NCBI GenBank assembly: GCA_051294905.1
Contig: CM119372.1
Location: 33,606,001 to 33,670,000 of the forward strand
Length of the DNA: 64,000 nucleotides
Direction: 5' to 3'
DNA from: Botryllus schlosseri
Taxonomy: Eukaryota
Shown piece by piece: positions 14,350 through 28,352 of the stretch. The position numbers and the translations under genes were made by a program. Below the pieces are notes generated by a model, which was given only the letters and a program-made list of their open reading frames with translations, was not told the origin of the DNA and ran no database searches. How positions within the stretch are numbered: position 1 is the stretch's first letter; each line of letters starts with the position of its first letter.

Positions 14350-14820
14350 ACCCAAGTAAAATTACCATTTTCACCTGGAGGTCAGTCGTTACCCGAGTAG
14401 AAATACCATTGTCCTTTGGAGATTTATCGTTTACTCAGAGTAACAAACCCCTTTTCACTTGGAAATCTATTTTTGCCCTGGATAACAAACCCCTTTTTCA
14501 CTTGGAAATATATTTTTTCTCTCGGTTACAAACCTTTTTCACTTGGAAATATATTTTTTCTCTTGGTAACAAACCTTTTTCACTTGGAAATATATTTTTT
14601 CTCTGGGTAACAAACCTTTTTTCACTTGGAAATATATTTTTTTCTCTGGACAACAAACCTTTTTCCCCGGGTAACAAACCTTTTTCTCTGAGCAACAAGC
14701 CATTTTCGCTTGGTGGTCCGTCGTTTACCTGAGTAAAAATATCATTTTCCTTTGGGGGTCTGGCGTTTACCCAGTGTAACAATACATTTTCTCTTGGTCA
14801 TCTAGCTTTTCCTAGAGTAA
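14350..14820. repeat. AT-rich ~40-bp minisatellite
   Basis: Repeated GTAACAAACCTTTTTCACTTGGAAATATATTTTTTCTCT with degenerate flanking units. Confidence 0.85.
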
Positions 14821-17026
14821 CATGTAATGCGCTGTACATCGATGTGAATGTTTTGGAATATTGGACAATCGACTTCGATAGTTCTGTGATGTCCGGGTTC
14901 GTGCTTTGGATTTTCCAGAGTCAAAAGGTCTGAATAAAAAACCTCCTCGACGATGGTTGGTATGTGGATAACGGTGTTCGGAAAACGGTTGGATTTATGT
15001 CACCCATCGCGATAACAATTCCAGGTCGAGTTTCCCCCCCCCCCGCATGTTTACTATATTGTGTCTTTATTGGTCAATGTATGTCTCGACATTCAGTTTG
15101 AAATCGGAAACCCTGATAAAGTATGTAACCGGATCCGGATATCAACTCTGAATCGATAAACCAATGAACAATATTCAAAGTAAACATGTTACACCCTGTG
15201 TTTCCACGAAAAAATACCATCCAGACATACGTCGCGCTTGTTTACCCACAACAGTATACGCGCAAATGGAGGTGTGTGACATTGCATGCAATGTGTTGGT
15301 ATACAAATATCGATCCACAGACATTATCATAGCCGGTAGTTTTGATGTAGATCGAATGTCATCACACCCGATAACAATGTCATACCAATAAGCCACATTG
15401 CAATGACTCTGAGTCCGCGCTATTACATCGATATTTCGACGCCGTCCTCTTTCTTGAGAATTGTTCCTCTTTTTTGTAATTTTTGGTTAAATGTACGTGG
15501 AAATTGGACTGAGATATAGGAAATCAGCGCCCGAATAACGGTCTGGCGGGTTTTTCGGAACCTGAGCCAGAAAATGACTTTTTTTAGTCAATTAGCCACA
15601 AACTCGGGAAAAATTTACCCTTTTTCCGGATTTTACTCCATCATTGTAAATCTGAAAATTTTGAAAAAGCGTCATTTTTTCAGATTTCGAAAATATGGTA
15701 ACCCTAATTGTAGTGTAGAACTATTTTGAGTTCAACCAGAAGTTCAATATCTCCAATCAATCGTTCTGGGTACACAACTGAATAAAAAAATAAACACTCT
15801 CACTGAAGTTGGGCTTGGCTTTTTCGCCGTTACCCTTCCCCGCTCATATTTGATAGAACGCGTTTTTTTGGCTAATCAAGGAGGGTCTTCGACGGGCACT
15901 ACACCAACCTTGAAATTTGATACTACAATTATTGTAGATAAATAGGGGAACGTCGCAGACGTAGTCTAATGTTTGTTCTGGAAGCGATTGTAGCAGGTAC
16001 ATTTCAATTCTTACATGCAATCAGGTTGTAGTGCTCTTGCAATTGAAAATTGGGTTAATCAGTTGACTCATATCTTGACATGTACTTGACAATGTCAATA
16101 AATATGTGTAAAATCATTCGCAAAACCAAACATTCGTATTCGCCCTATCTAGAAAAGAGGTTCTCGAACTTTTTTAGACACGCCCCGCTTGATTATAGTG
16201 AAATTTCACGCCCCGTCATCGACATATATAAAAAAAAAACGTAATAAAATGGGCGACCAGAATGTTTGCAATCCCAACGCATAGTTTGATGGCATGGAAA
16301 ATTATGAATAATGAGAGGCTAATTCAACTTATCCTTTTTTTTCGATTAATGATGCATATTATACATGGCATATGACACGGCCTGGTAAGGATCTTATTTC
16401 TTAATAAAACGGTGCTTTTCGACGCACTCTGCACAGATGCTTGACAGACAGACCATAAAACGTCAGCTAGCAGTTGTGCTACGCTGTACAGTGTACAGTT
16501 TACGAACCATTGTGCGGTCCTCTTGAATGTTTATGACCTTGTTTAGTCTTCCGATAAAAACGAAGCGGATTAGGTAATGGTGAAACAAGACTTACATTAC
16601 TCTATGCATCAACATCGATTACAGTTATGTCATGAAAACTCTGTGTAAAAAAGGGTTGTCCAAAATTGGGAGAATCTTAAAAATACTCCGCGACTGATGT
16701 GTTTCATTCTACAGATTATTTATTTAAAAAAAACAATGAGCCAGAACGAAGCTAACAGGAGAGCCGTTCAGATTTCAATCAAAGCGTTTGAAAGTAGCTG
16801 CTCAAGAATGGGTGTGCCACCGACCATAGAACGGCGAGAAGACTAGTAATCACATAACCATTACTCTTGATTAGCAAATCGGCTATGCTTCAATGATCAC
16901 GACAGCAGCAGCTTGATGATTAGGTGTTCAAGGAGTCTGTAACCGGCGGGGATTCAGAAAGCGCATTGTTGGTAGGTTGGCAGATGATGATTTAAGATTA
17001 TTTCACGACATGTTGAGGTACATAGC

Positions 17027-17235
17027 GGGGGACATAGCGTAGTGGTGACGATAAGCGCCTACAAATCTGGCGGATCCAACTCGATTCCCGTCGGAGGTTT
17101 ATCTGGGCTCCTCTTCCCCCGCCGTTGCCGTTCTTTACGGCGACAAAAAAGTACAGAAAAATACCCGACGAAAGAAAGCACTCACAAGGAATGGAAAGAA
17201 CTGGTAGAAAGGGCCGCAGCTTCAAAAATATAAAC
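17027..17235 (+). mobile_element. Possible tRNA-derived SINE
   Basis: A-box-like TAGCGTAGTGG (17035) and B-box-like ACTCGATTCCC (17079) at tRNA spacing; no complete cloverleaf. Confidence 0.4.
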
Positions 17236-17490
17236 TTCGAAAAGAACTGTGACATCGGGCACTCTAGGCCGAGGTGGATGTTAGATTAAAAGGATCGCTA
17301 CTGATGCGTGTCGTTCGACATCGTCCTATCTATTCATGACATCGCATTATATCTTATCGAATTGTACATTGTGTGTGACTTGTTCAGATGAAAAATATAA
17401 CTCAAAGATTTACGAAATACATGATGAAGAAACAACAGCTTCTTCACAAAAATTTCTACAGCACGACTGCTTTATTGTGAAGGTAGCGGC

Positions 17491-19831
17491 TAGGGGTGGT
17501 GTGAACCTCTAAAAGGTTCAGGTTCGTGTGAACGCGAACCTTTTTGAAAGGTTCTGTGTGAACACGAACGTGAACCTCATGACGTCACGGGACGTCATAT
17601 TGCTAATTCCAATCTATCCTTCAATGAAATGATAGCCTATATTAATGTACACCAGAGGTATCAAACACGCGGCCCGCGGGCCGCATGCGGCCCGCCAGAG
17701 TATTTTGAGCGGCCCGCGACGACATTTTAGATTTTTATTAATTTGACAAAATATAAATTTCACATATGTTTTTTTCAGGTTATAAAGTGAAAAATCCCTC
17801 TTAAATTGCTCCGAAAACCTTAAATCAAACTTTATTATCACATCAATTGCAAACGCTATCATGCAGTGGAACATTCACTATTTCGCCGCATTTCCAATTC
17901 ATGATGATAAAATCGGACCCTTAGACGATTCTAGACTGAAATTTGTGAGTTGGAATGGGACGCGACCTTCCTTAGAATTACTCAGACTCGGGCTAACTCG
18001 ATGACAAAATGAAAATGACTCGAGTGGACTTGAAGTGACTCGGAATGCCGTGAATTTGTTAGAACCATGGACGCAACAAACTAATCCCGTATCAGGGGAA
18101 TAGTAATAGATCAGAAGGTCGCAGCTTGGTATTTCGCTAACTAAGCAAGTATAGTTATGACAACCATTGGCAATCTGTTAGTTACATCGCTAAACCATGT
18201 TATTACAGCCACTTAAAGGTACCGAGTACCGTAGTGGAACGCTCCAACGATGTAACAGCAATGGGCCGTTCGGCGTTCCGACATTTCAATCACTAGGACA
18301 AATTCATTAATATATTTATATTATATTTATATTTTTTCTGCTCCTATATTTGAAGATTTCGCTATGTGATTAATAGCCTACTGATCAGAAGTATACCCGA
18401 ATCATGGATTGGAATTACAATGCTCAACTTAAAAATGTTTTGATGTCAGATCAGTCTTTATTATCAGTCTGTTAGATTCAAAATATTCATAGTAGCTGAA
18501 AATTATAACCTGATAGCTTTTATGATGGCATCACACATTTGTCCGCCCATATGGTGTCTATATCTTATACTTAATATATATCAAGTACAACAACAATTCT
18601 ATTCAAATAGTTATAAATGTGATTATTCTTTTCGTGCCAGGCCTAAATTGATACAAACGTAAATCACATTTTGACGATGTGTGTTTACTATGAGTCTGCT
18701 GGATCGGCTCACTTTCAATAGGAAAAGTCATTCCCCCCAAATAAGGCCGACTTGGAAAGACATAGAATATCCATATAAATGCTGCGGCCCGCGGCGTCGT
18801 CAAAACTGGAGAAATGGCCCGCAAGAACATTTGAGTTTGAGACCTCTGATGTACACGATACCTAGCGACGACTCGGGCAACATTACGTCACAATGCTGAA
18901 ATACATATTGACGTTTTAAATGTCGCCAAATGTATCAACTGGGGCAATCAAATGATATAATAATCCCATAAAATCAATATCTTCCGTCGCTTTGCCAACA
19001 ATTTTGACGAGGACTTACCAGGGAATATAAGGAAACGAAGGGACGTAGTATATTTTTGTCCTTGATGTTCTTGCGGCATATACACCGACTCATGATATAC
19101 ATACACACGATCTGCGTATATGCATACCATGAGTAGATATGCAAGATGCAGATATAGCCTTGTAGCAGTGTTGGGATGACTCGAGTTATGACTTGACTCA
19201 AGTCAGACTCGAGTCACCTTTTTCGTATGACAGATCGGAAAATGTATTCGGCGTCTGAGTACATTGATATTGAGCAGAGTGTGAAACGGGTTTCTATACT
19301 TGCTACCGATAGTAGGCCTACCCCAGTTACAAGTGTGTAGTCACAGTAGCCAACACCTCAATCGCACCGATTTGGTTTTAATGATCCAGTAAACATATGA
19401 AGTCAAAATTGACCCCAAACGTCTGCTAGATTGATTAGTTGAATAAACATCATTCGCTGACTACGTTGCTTATTTCGCTCGTGATATTTTGTGATTGTGG
19501 GTCAAGCTCGCAGCAGAAAGTCAATAGATATATTTACAAACGGAAAGTTGGATATTTCGAGGAAACTTTTGCAACAAAGCAAGTAAAACTTTTGAGATTG
19601 TCAAGGTACATGCTCGTTTAGTGTTGATTTTTTATGCCTATTGCGCCATGCATAGAGTGGCCTGCAGTTGAAATGCAATAAATTTGAACCAACGATGAAG
19701 TGAAAATTGTAATATATGAAAAAGGTTCACAGTGCAGAACCTACCAAGGTTCTGTTGTGAACGCGAACCTCTAAATTTCCGAGGTTCACACACAGAACGC
19801 GAACTTGAACCTCACGTTCACACCATCCCTA
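17491..19831. mobile_element. hAT (Ac-like) non-autonomous element with GTGAAC subterminal motifs
   Basis: TIR TAGGGGTGGTGTGAAC / GTTCACACCATCCCTA; TSD GTAGCGGC. Partial relatives at ~22880-23190 and ~55340-56475. Confidence 0.9.
17653..18848. mobile_element. hAT MITE nested in 17491-19831
   Basis: TIR CAGAGGTATCAAAC / GTTTGAGACCTCTG; TSD ATGTACAC. Confidence 0.9.
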
Positions 19832-20025
19832 GTAGCGGCTGTAGTCAACATGCCGTGTTTCCATCGAGGGAAAGCAAATGCGCTTATGCAAGTGGCGAAC
19901 GAATTCCCCATTGCAGAAGGGATCCATCATCAGTGAATACAAATATAAAGTGTGACTATGGCACTATACTTTGTGTGATCTTATTGGACCCAAGTTGTAG
20001 TATATAGCGGATGTTTTGAATGCTT

Positions 20026-20339
20026 GGTTATGCTTGGCAATTATACTTACAGCAGATCGAATTCACTTGTAAGTGTTGGCAAAGTCCCTAATGATGCTGC
20101 AGAAAAGAGGTATAAGGCAAGCACAAACTATGCTAGATACTATGCAGCATAATCTGTGCTTTTCGTTACACCTCTTTTCTGCGGGATCATTTAGGACTTT
20201 GACATATAGGCTACCATATCCAGCATAGCCTGTGGGTGCATTTACACTTCTCTTTTCTGTGTTTATCATTAAGGACATTGACAACACTTACAAGTGACTT
20301 CAAATTGCTGTAAGCATCTGATAAGTACTAAGTGTAACC
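20026..20339. repeat. Fold-back (palindromic) MITE-like element
   Basis: Left arm CTTACAGCA..TCACTTGTAAGTGTTG..CAGAAAAGAG is inverted at right as CTCTTTTCTG..CAACACTTACAAGTGA..TGCTGTAAG; an extra inverted arm copy lies in the middle. Confidence 0.7.
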
Positions 20340-20362
20340 CATTACATTCTCTTACATTCTAT

Positions 20363-21334
20363 CAGTGTTGGGATCAAGTCACTACCTTCGAGTCACGAGT
20401 CATTTCGAGTCATTGGATATTTTGACTCGAGTCAAGTCAAGTCATTCGATCTTCGAAGGTGACTCGAGTCAAGTCAAGTCACTCGATTTTTGGAAGTGAC
20501 TCGAGTCAAGTCAAGTCAAGTCAAGTCAAGTCACGAGTCAAGTCATATTTCAAGTCAAGTTGCCTTTTCGAAGTATGAGGCATGCCTACGCCATTGCATT
20601 TTTGTAGTTGTCCGAAACACAGATTCACTGGTCATTGATTTTGAACCGATGAACGAATATGAAGTTGAATATACACGTAAGACGGCGCTGTATCGCTCGC
20701 ATATAGGCTACGTAGAAATGCTAAACTACGCAAGTATAATTGCATAGCCTCAGTTTATAGTTTCCAGCCAAAATAGAGAATCGAGAAACGAATTGATAAG
20801 ATACAATTTATTACCCATTTACAAATGGATATGATACAATTCGAGCCTGCGCCAATGGTCGAGGACTATATAAAGTATCTTCGAATTTAATTTCAAGAAA
20901 ACAAGAGGTTTGGTTCAGGTACAGAGAACAGTAATACACATTTTTCTTTAAAATACTTTACTTAATAGTTTACGACAGCGTTAGCTGTAAGCTTCGATCA
21001 CTTCGTAAGCGGTCCATTTATTTGTGAGAGAACAATCGGGGCTCAGTAAAACGCACGATCATTGAATAATTGGTCGCTCTCACGGGTTACACCAGCGTTT
21101 CGCGATCAATTCGATTGCAAGATACAGTGATTTTTATCGACATCGATTGCTTGATGACTTGAAATTGACTCGTGAATTTTGCTTCGAGTCACGAGTCAAT
21201 CCACATTTCTGATACGCCGAGTCAAGTCAAGTCAAGTCATTTTCACAAAGTGACTCGAGTCAAGTCAAGTCATACGAAAAAGGTGACTCGAGTCTGACTC
21301 GAGTCAAGTCATGACTCGAGTCATCCCAACACTG
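20363..21334. mobile_element. hAT MITE with GACTCGAGTC/AAGTC subterminal arrays
   Basis: TIR CAGTGTTGGGAT / ATCCCAACACTG; TSD CATTCTAT. Fragments of the family at ~19166, ~23505, ~55560-56093. Confidence 0.9.
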
Positions 21335-21395
21335 CATTCTATCACGGAAATATAGCTGTCATGTACTGCTCTCAGCATTATGTCAATTTCACAAC

Positions 21396-21919
21396 CAGAC
21401 TTGAACAAACTCGTAACTATAAGTAGGCCTATATCTAGAACTACCCTCCTTCAAAATCCGCAACTATACTAACTAAAATACATCTACGGCAACTAGATTC
21501 AATTCCAAAGCGACTTCTTAAATTTTACTTTATCGGAATCGGATCGGTTCTCCATATGAACTTCATTGCAAGTTTGAAATAGGAGGGGCTATGACCCACG
21601 CGCCCCCCACAGCCACGCCGGGCTTCGCCACTGGTAGAGATGGCTCTGAGCTAGCAATAGGGGAAAGAACATCAGACAACAGAACACAGGTATCGCGATT
21701 TCCGCAAGACGACGAAACGTATTTTTTTAGTCGTTCGGCAACTAATATTACTAGAACTAACTAGAACTACTCATTCATCGAAGTGCGCAACTAGAACTAG
21801 AACCAGAACTATCCACTTTTAAAAATACGCAACTAGAACTAGAATTAGAAGTAGGCTGCTCAAAAAACCTGTAGTAAGTTGACAATCTACAAACTAGATT
21901 GTTAGTTTGTACAAGTTTG
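21396..21919. mobile_element. hAT MITE with AACTAG arrays
   Basis: TIR CAGACTTGAACAAAC / GTTTGTACAAGTTTG; degenerate TSD TTCACAAC / TTGACAAG. Confidence 0.6.
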
Positions 21920-24069
21920 TTGACAAGGCCTTTTTACCCAGTTTTACGAATTTAATAGGTTATAGAGTAGTTGTTCTCAATTATTTGAAGCCGCGACCCA
22001 CTTTCCAGTTTAAAAATAGTCTGTGAACCAGTTTTCAAAATTCTACTCGAACTATAAATAAAGATATGTTTTTGTAACGTTATAGCGACAACTGAGCAAA
22101 ATTTATATCTGACGTGTGAGTGAGTGAGAAATATCAATTGCGATATTTCATTACTGTTATATTGTTTACGGATTATTTTCTTGTAAGCTTTGCTGGTTAA
22201 TCTTACCGATATCAGCTACTGATGCAGCAAGTTTCAAGTTTCCATCACCTTTCAAAGCTAGAACAACTTATCGTTAAAATATTGTAGGTCTCGAAAATTG
22301 TGGCGAAGCAGAAGAAACAGCAACAACATAAGTATCATTGATACATATCATTGATACAATAATGTGTTACTAGTAAATGTGGTGGATTTATGTTTTAGTC
22401 GCACAAGCTAAAAATTGGGGTTCGCCGAAAGCTTGCAGCGTATGGTTTCGGCATGTAGATAAACGTTAATAACCACCTGGCATTAGAGTTACTCATGTTA
22501 ACGAATTCTTTAAATTTTAGATGCTCAGATGCTCATTGTTCATTCGTATGAAAATTGCGTCAACTTGCACAACTGTCGTGTATGTGTATATAGACAAGAC
22601 AAATAACTAGGAATTTTTCGATGAATATAATCCTACTATTTTCTCGCACGCGGATCTTTTTTCTAATCAACGTAGAATACGTGCACCACACCTTTTCGTT
22701 ATAAACACAAGGATCAGAAAAATATCCTCACATTCTCGGGACAGAAGTAGTTTTTAGTACTGACCGTGCCATATGCCACGACCAACGACGAAAGTATTCT
22801 CGTACAGCTCGTCAGTCGTCAGCTTCCATTCTGAAAACGGAAGTTACGGGAAGTTTCTTTATATAATTTTCCACAAAGCTAAAATGCTGTGTGAACCTCG
22901 GATATTTGGAGGTTCGCGTTCGCGAACGAACCTTGGTGGATTCTGCACTGTGAAACTTTTTCATACATTAAAATTTTTCGCGTCATAATACCATCTTTGG
23001 TTGAATATATCTATATTTCAACTTCGAACTACTTTCCTCATGACACTGGTGGTATGAAAAAAATCAGCACTAAACGAGCATGCACCTTGCCAATTTGAAA
23101 ATTATTCGCTTTGTTGGAAAGTTTGATCGAAATTTTCAGCTTGCCATTTGTGAATTTTTACTGACTCTTTTATATAAGCTTTGCCCACAATCACACAATA
23201 GCTAGAACTAATATACTAGACCAGTGGTTCTCAGACTGGGGACGCGCCACCGTTGGGGGACGTGATAACATCTGAAAGGGGGCGCAAAGCTCCAGTCAAC
23301 TGATTTTTTCGCGCCTCAAGCGATTTACCTCTAATTCATTGTTATTCCTCTGTGTATAGTCTGAATTTCTTACATGAGAATTCTCTCATCAACAGTCATA
23401 ACCTTCCATGGCAGTTAACTATCCGTTGGGATTGCTATAGCATTATGTTTGTATTTTGTGATATGACGATAAAGGGGGCAAGAATATTTTCACTGTCATA
23501 AAGCAAAAGTCAGACTCGAGTCAACTTATCGTATGACTTGACTTGACTCGAGTCACTTTGCAAAAATGACTTGTTTTGACTTAACTAGGCGGTTCAGAAA
23601 TGTGGATTAACTCGTGACTCGGTGCAAAATTTACGAGTTAATTTCAAGTCATCAAGTAAATGGTGTCGATTAAATCTCTTTACCTTGTTTATGTTCGGAT
23701 TGTTCTCGATGCGCCGGTGTGACTTGTGAGAGCAAATGAAATGATCACAGATTATGTTCTAGTAGTAGAATAATCTAATAACAACGTATCTCTGTTTCTT
23801 AGACTGCCCTAGGTTTGCATTTAAAACAAATGGTGTCTTGAAACACCTCATCACCTTTGTAAACACGATTCAACAACAAACACACTATATCCGTATCGAT
23901 TGCAGTCCACGGTTACCCACTTCACAAACGCAAGACTTATATATATTTGTTTATAGTGTAACGACAGGCTTTTTTATTCACTGACCGCCCACGTGCACAG
24001 ATTAGCCGGTAGAGGTCATAAATTCGAAAACATAGTGCACCACATTGTATACAATGTATAGTTGTACAC

Positions 24070-25611
24070 TAGGGTTATGACTTGAACGAAAAATTCAAAA
24101 TTTTGTGTGTCCTGTAGTCATGAATGATGAACTTTTGTGTCCTGATTTGAAAACTCACAAAAGTTAAGACTGTTCAAACAAAAACCTACCGCACAAAAGT
24201 TTTCCAGTTTTCAGTGTGTGAAGGATAGGTTTATTTTGGAGATACAGACTATATAATATATGTATCGACTGATTTGAATGTAACTTAATCAATTCCAATT
24301 GCGAAGATTTAAAATAGTATTTTGGTATATTGTTATTGCCCAGATTGAATTAATTCTATCGTGTTCTTGTTTACAGTCAAAAATAAATAATCATTAAATA
24401 ATGAAGAATTTCGATTTTAGATGTAGACAGTATGGTATAATTTCAATTGGTTCGACACAAATCAAATTGGGTGTTCGAAAATGGGAAAATAGAACAACTC
24501 AAGATATTTTCAGCTGTCTAGAAAACCGATTAGAGGAATATGATGCATAGGGAAATTTGAAAATGTCATATCATATGTGACACAGCATCTGTTGATACTC
24601 GACGGCGAAATGGCGTTGTTGTGAAATTGCAAAATGCAATGATGAGCAAGGGTTTTGATAAACCACCATACATTGGTTGCCAACATCATATTATTGAGTC
24701 TTAAAGCATATATCAGAGTCCTTCGATCCAACGTCTTCAACAAATCCAACTCTCAGCTACAAATTTGGAGATGATGTGGTAAAACACCACGAAAACTTGG
24801 TACAATCCACCAAGCCAGAACTTCAGATGAAAATATTAGAAAACCAAGGATGGAGGGATGATTTTAAGTTTATCTTTGAGCTGTGCAGAGCATGCCGCTC
24901 TTTCAACAAAAATAGTAGATTACCACTAATCGGCATCGGTATCGGTATCGGTCATTGAAGGTGAAAAATTACGTCACAACATGGCGGTAGGAATAAGTCA
25001 GCAAACTATAATCTTTGACCGCTAGACTCAGAATATTGATAGCAGCCTTTCTATAGTTTATTTCATGTTCAAGTATAACAATGGCTGTAAAGCTGTTCAA
25101 ATAAATGCTCCAAAGCGTTGAAAATGTGCCTATTAAGATATATTCCACTTCTTTTGAATATCGGGTTTATCGGTCAAGGTGTGAGCTATCGTTTTTATCG
25201 GGATCGACCCAAAATTCCAATATCGGCCGGGCTCTAAAATATAACAAATATTATTTGCTGCTATCTTTGAGCTCGAATGTCCTGCAGCGATAAAGTGCCT
25301 TAAAACCCCATCGGAATTAGGATAAGTACATTGTATATGTCTCTGGCACTAACACAATTACAGAAAGGGAAGTCAAATTCATGGAAGAACTTTACCAGAA
25401 GTGTAAAAGAAAAATATTTGAAGATTAAATTTGTAGCGTAGAATAATCTTCGAATTGTAATTTTTTTCTATCTTTAAATCAATGTCCAAAATTGAATTTA
25501 GTTTGCGCGGGACATTTTTTACGATTTGAACAAAATAATTATAATTTGATCAATTTATACCGAAATGTTCATTAATTCCTGCTAAAGGCATTTTTTCAAG
25601 TCATAACCCTA
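24070..25611. mobile_element. hAT non-autonomous element
   Basis: Perfect 17-bp TIR TAGGGTTATGACTTGAA / TTCAAGTCATAACCCTA; TSD TTGTACAC / TTGTAAAC. Confidence 0.85.
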
Positions 25612-26526
25612 TTGTAAACCTTAAATTAAGTCATGGATTCCCAATTCGCATTTATTCAAGGGGCACATTGTCTGCTCTGATGATCACATTTGTAACGCGG
25701 GGCTCAGATTGCAGGACGGGACTATTCGGCACCGGCTATATTTGCGGATGAAGATATCACTATCGTAAGTTTCGCCACTTTTTCGGGGCCAACGTTGTAT
25801 CGCCTCCGATCTCGGGGCCAACACTGCATACGTCTGTGGTCAAGTATGCCTTGTGGCGTGATGTATAACCGAATAGCATTACCTAGTATAGTACTTATTA
25901 TTACTAATATTTGAGAGTGCGGTACCCATAATCGAGTTTTTGTATAACTATTTACATGAAATTGTGCCTAGCGCGAAGAGAATTTTCTATTTAAATGTAA
26001 ACTGCTCAGCAAATTTTCCACCAAATGATGGCTTTCGAAATAATTTTGGTCTCCAAGCAGTGCATGATTCCACAATCCATCTCGTACACCTTTTTTGGAA
26101 CTTCGCATACCTCCAATGGGATCCTGCACTCCTGGCTAGCTAAGAATCCACGATCTGTATATTCCTATACATACTCGGTGATTTCGTTCTAACAAATGTT
26201 CCTGTTACCTGTATGAAAACTACCGATATTGCACTCAGCACCCGGCAGTCAATTTACTTTACTATCATACGTCATTTTCTATATGTCTACTCTACATGTA
26301 ACTCGAAATCGAACCCTCAGAAATAATAAACGAACTACTCGACAATATCGAATGCCAGATGTTCATTTATTTTGAATAAGGTGAACATGAACAATTTACC
26401 TGATCAAGCGCAATGCATTCTGTCCAAAATTCGTGTTATATGAGGGATACAGAACAATTGAAATTCGCCACCGGATTACATCATTTAGCATCAGGCTATT
26501 CCCTTTCTCATCCTTAACAGGAGAGT

Positions 26527-27531
26527 CTAATTAATACTGAGTGTATTACTATCGAGGGTGACGGTTTCCCACATTTTCTGCCGAGTAAATTCCGCCAATC
26601 CGTGGACAGCGATTGTAAGAGGGAACTTGATTCCCACTCGACTGCCATCAAAAAAGAAATCGTGATCCAACGCCTGGGCGGCGGTGATGCGATCTCGATC
26701 ATCGTAAGTCAGCAGTTTAATCGCCAAGTCCTTTGCCTGTGACGACAGGACTCGCCAACCCTCCGAAACGAAAGACGGATCCTTACCCGTGGCAAAGTAG
26801 TGAGGATGTGAACCAGTCAGCAGATTGTACACGATGCAGCCGCTTGCGAATACGTCGACACCACAGTGGTATCCGTGCACAAAAGTTGTTTCCGGAGCTC
26901 TGTAGCCCACCGTGCCGACGGATCCGTAACAACCGTCACCGTGCTTTGCTTCAACCGCTGAACTAAAGCCAAGGAGCTTCACAGATTCACCACGATACGT
27001 TCTGGCGAGGAATAAATTCGGAGGAATCACGTTTTTGTGGATGATTTTCTTATCGTGACAGTATCGAAGTGCGTTGAAGATATCACGCATGTACCACGTC
27101 ACATGCATTTCGCAGTGCGATCTATCTTATTGGCCGATAACGGACTTGAAGAGTTCTTCTCCTACCATCTTTTCAAATACTTGGAAATGTATGGCTTGTT
27201 CGTGATAACTTCTGCAGAAATACACTATATTTGGATGACCGCGCAGTTTATCCAATATCTTCTCTTCCCTATCGAAGTTCCACTTCAGGTTTTCGGGCAT
27301 ACCCATTCGGAACATCGCCAAGTCTTTTTTGAACCTCAACTTCACGGCAAATTCACCCGGTTCCGGTTCATCATCTTCATTACAGTACGACTTCACAATT
27401 GAAAATTCGCCTTTAGCAATCACAGTCAACTTATCACGGAGGTCCTTGGTTATTGAACGGGGTAGACGGGCATTCTTGGAGCGGTCGACACCACGCAGGA
27501 TATCCACGATCGCGAATGGCGAAATAAACAT
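26527..27531 (-). pseudogene. CASK/CaMKII-like pseudokinase paralogue with one in-frame stop
   Basis: ORFs 27127-27537 and 26527-27108 are in the same frame, separated only by TAA at 27129-27127 (VIGQ*DRSHCE versus VTGKYGGSHCE in the paralogue). Motifs IAKGEFS, FAVK, HKNVIPPN, LGFS, YRAPE, DVFASG. Confidence 0.88.
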
Positions 27532-28318
27532 AGTCAAATGAAATGTAGACAGAACAGACCTTCAGCAATATGAATGACCTGTTGTTGGATTCGGAGCAGC
27601 CTACACGCCGTCTCGGAGTCTCGCAGTCATCGCCGATAATTACCTTCACATGAGACGACGAATTACCAGACTGATTGATATGCGCACGGGCAAGACATCA
27701 GCTCAGTCCCGTTCGTCCGTTGGATTATAGAAAATGATCATATCACATGCAGTTGCTTGGACTGTATCAGTCTCGAAATATTGTCATTTTTCTCAGTACC
27801 TTGAACAGTTTTGAAAGATGTCATCAAATGATCGATTGATCAGTATCAGAAGTCTGCGAAACCCGGACCTAGCTCGGCAAGCTACTTACACGAAACATTT
27901 TGACACCCTTCACTTACATGGATCATTCAGGCACCTACAGTTGTTTTCAGATGTCTTGAAAGCAGCTACCTACACGCATACAGCGCCATAATATACAACA
28001 TTACTTTTCTCTTTTATTGAGTGATATATCAGTCCTGAAGAGTCGGTTCAGTCCATACCAGCGACTTCAAACATGATCAATATACGGACTTCAACCCTGA
28101 CTCAGACCACGGAAACGTCAAAAACACGGACCCCGGACTCCAGCTCCGGCTGCAAAAATTTTATTTGTATCTCCATTATTCCTACAAATTACCTCAGAAA
28201 ACTACATGTCACATTCACAATCAATCACATGTACTCAAATTAGTGAGCATTTCTACTCAACCGGACGTAGAAATAACGTCGTAAACTAAATTTGAATAGT
28301 ATATTCCTTTCGAAATGA

Positions 28319-28352
28319 GCCCGAATATTTTCGGCTGACACTCGTCAGGGGT
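28319..28352 (-). ncRNA. Minimal type I hammerhead ribozyme motif in Penelope pLTR
   Basis: Minus strand reads ACCC-CUGACGA-GUGUCAGCC-GAAA-AUAU-UC-GGGC: intact core, palindromic stem III (AAUAUU), short stem I, directly downstream of the GIY-YIG ORF. Confidence 0.7.

Noticed and set aside
17027..17100. tRNA gene
   Set aside because: Only A/B-box-like motifs; no consistent cloverleaf; treated as a possible SINE head.
27434..27649. Upstream coding exon for the stop-containing kinase
   Set aside because: ILRGVDRSKNARLPRSIT already aligns with the paralogue N-terminus MICGAGCSRNSDERPEAIT, so no intron is needed; unsupported without cDNA.
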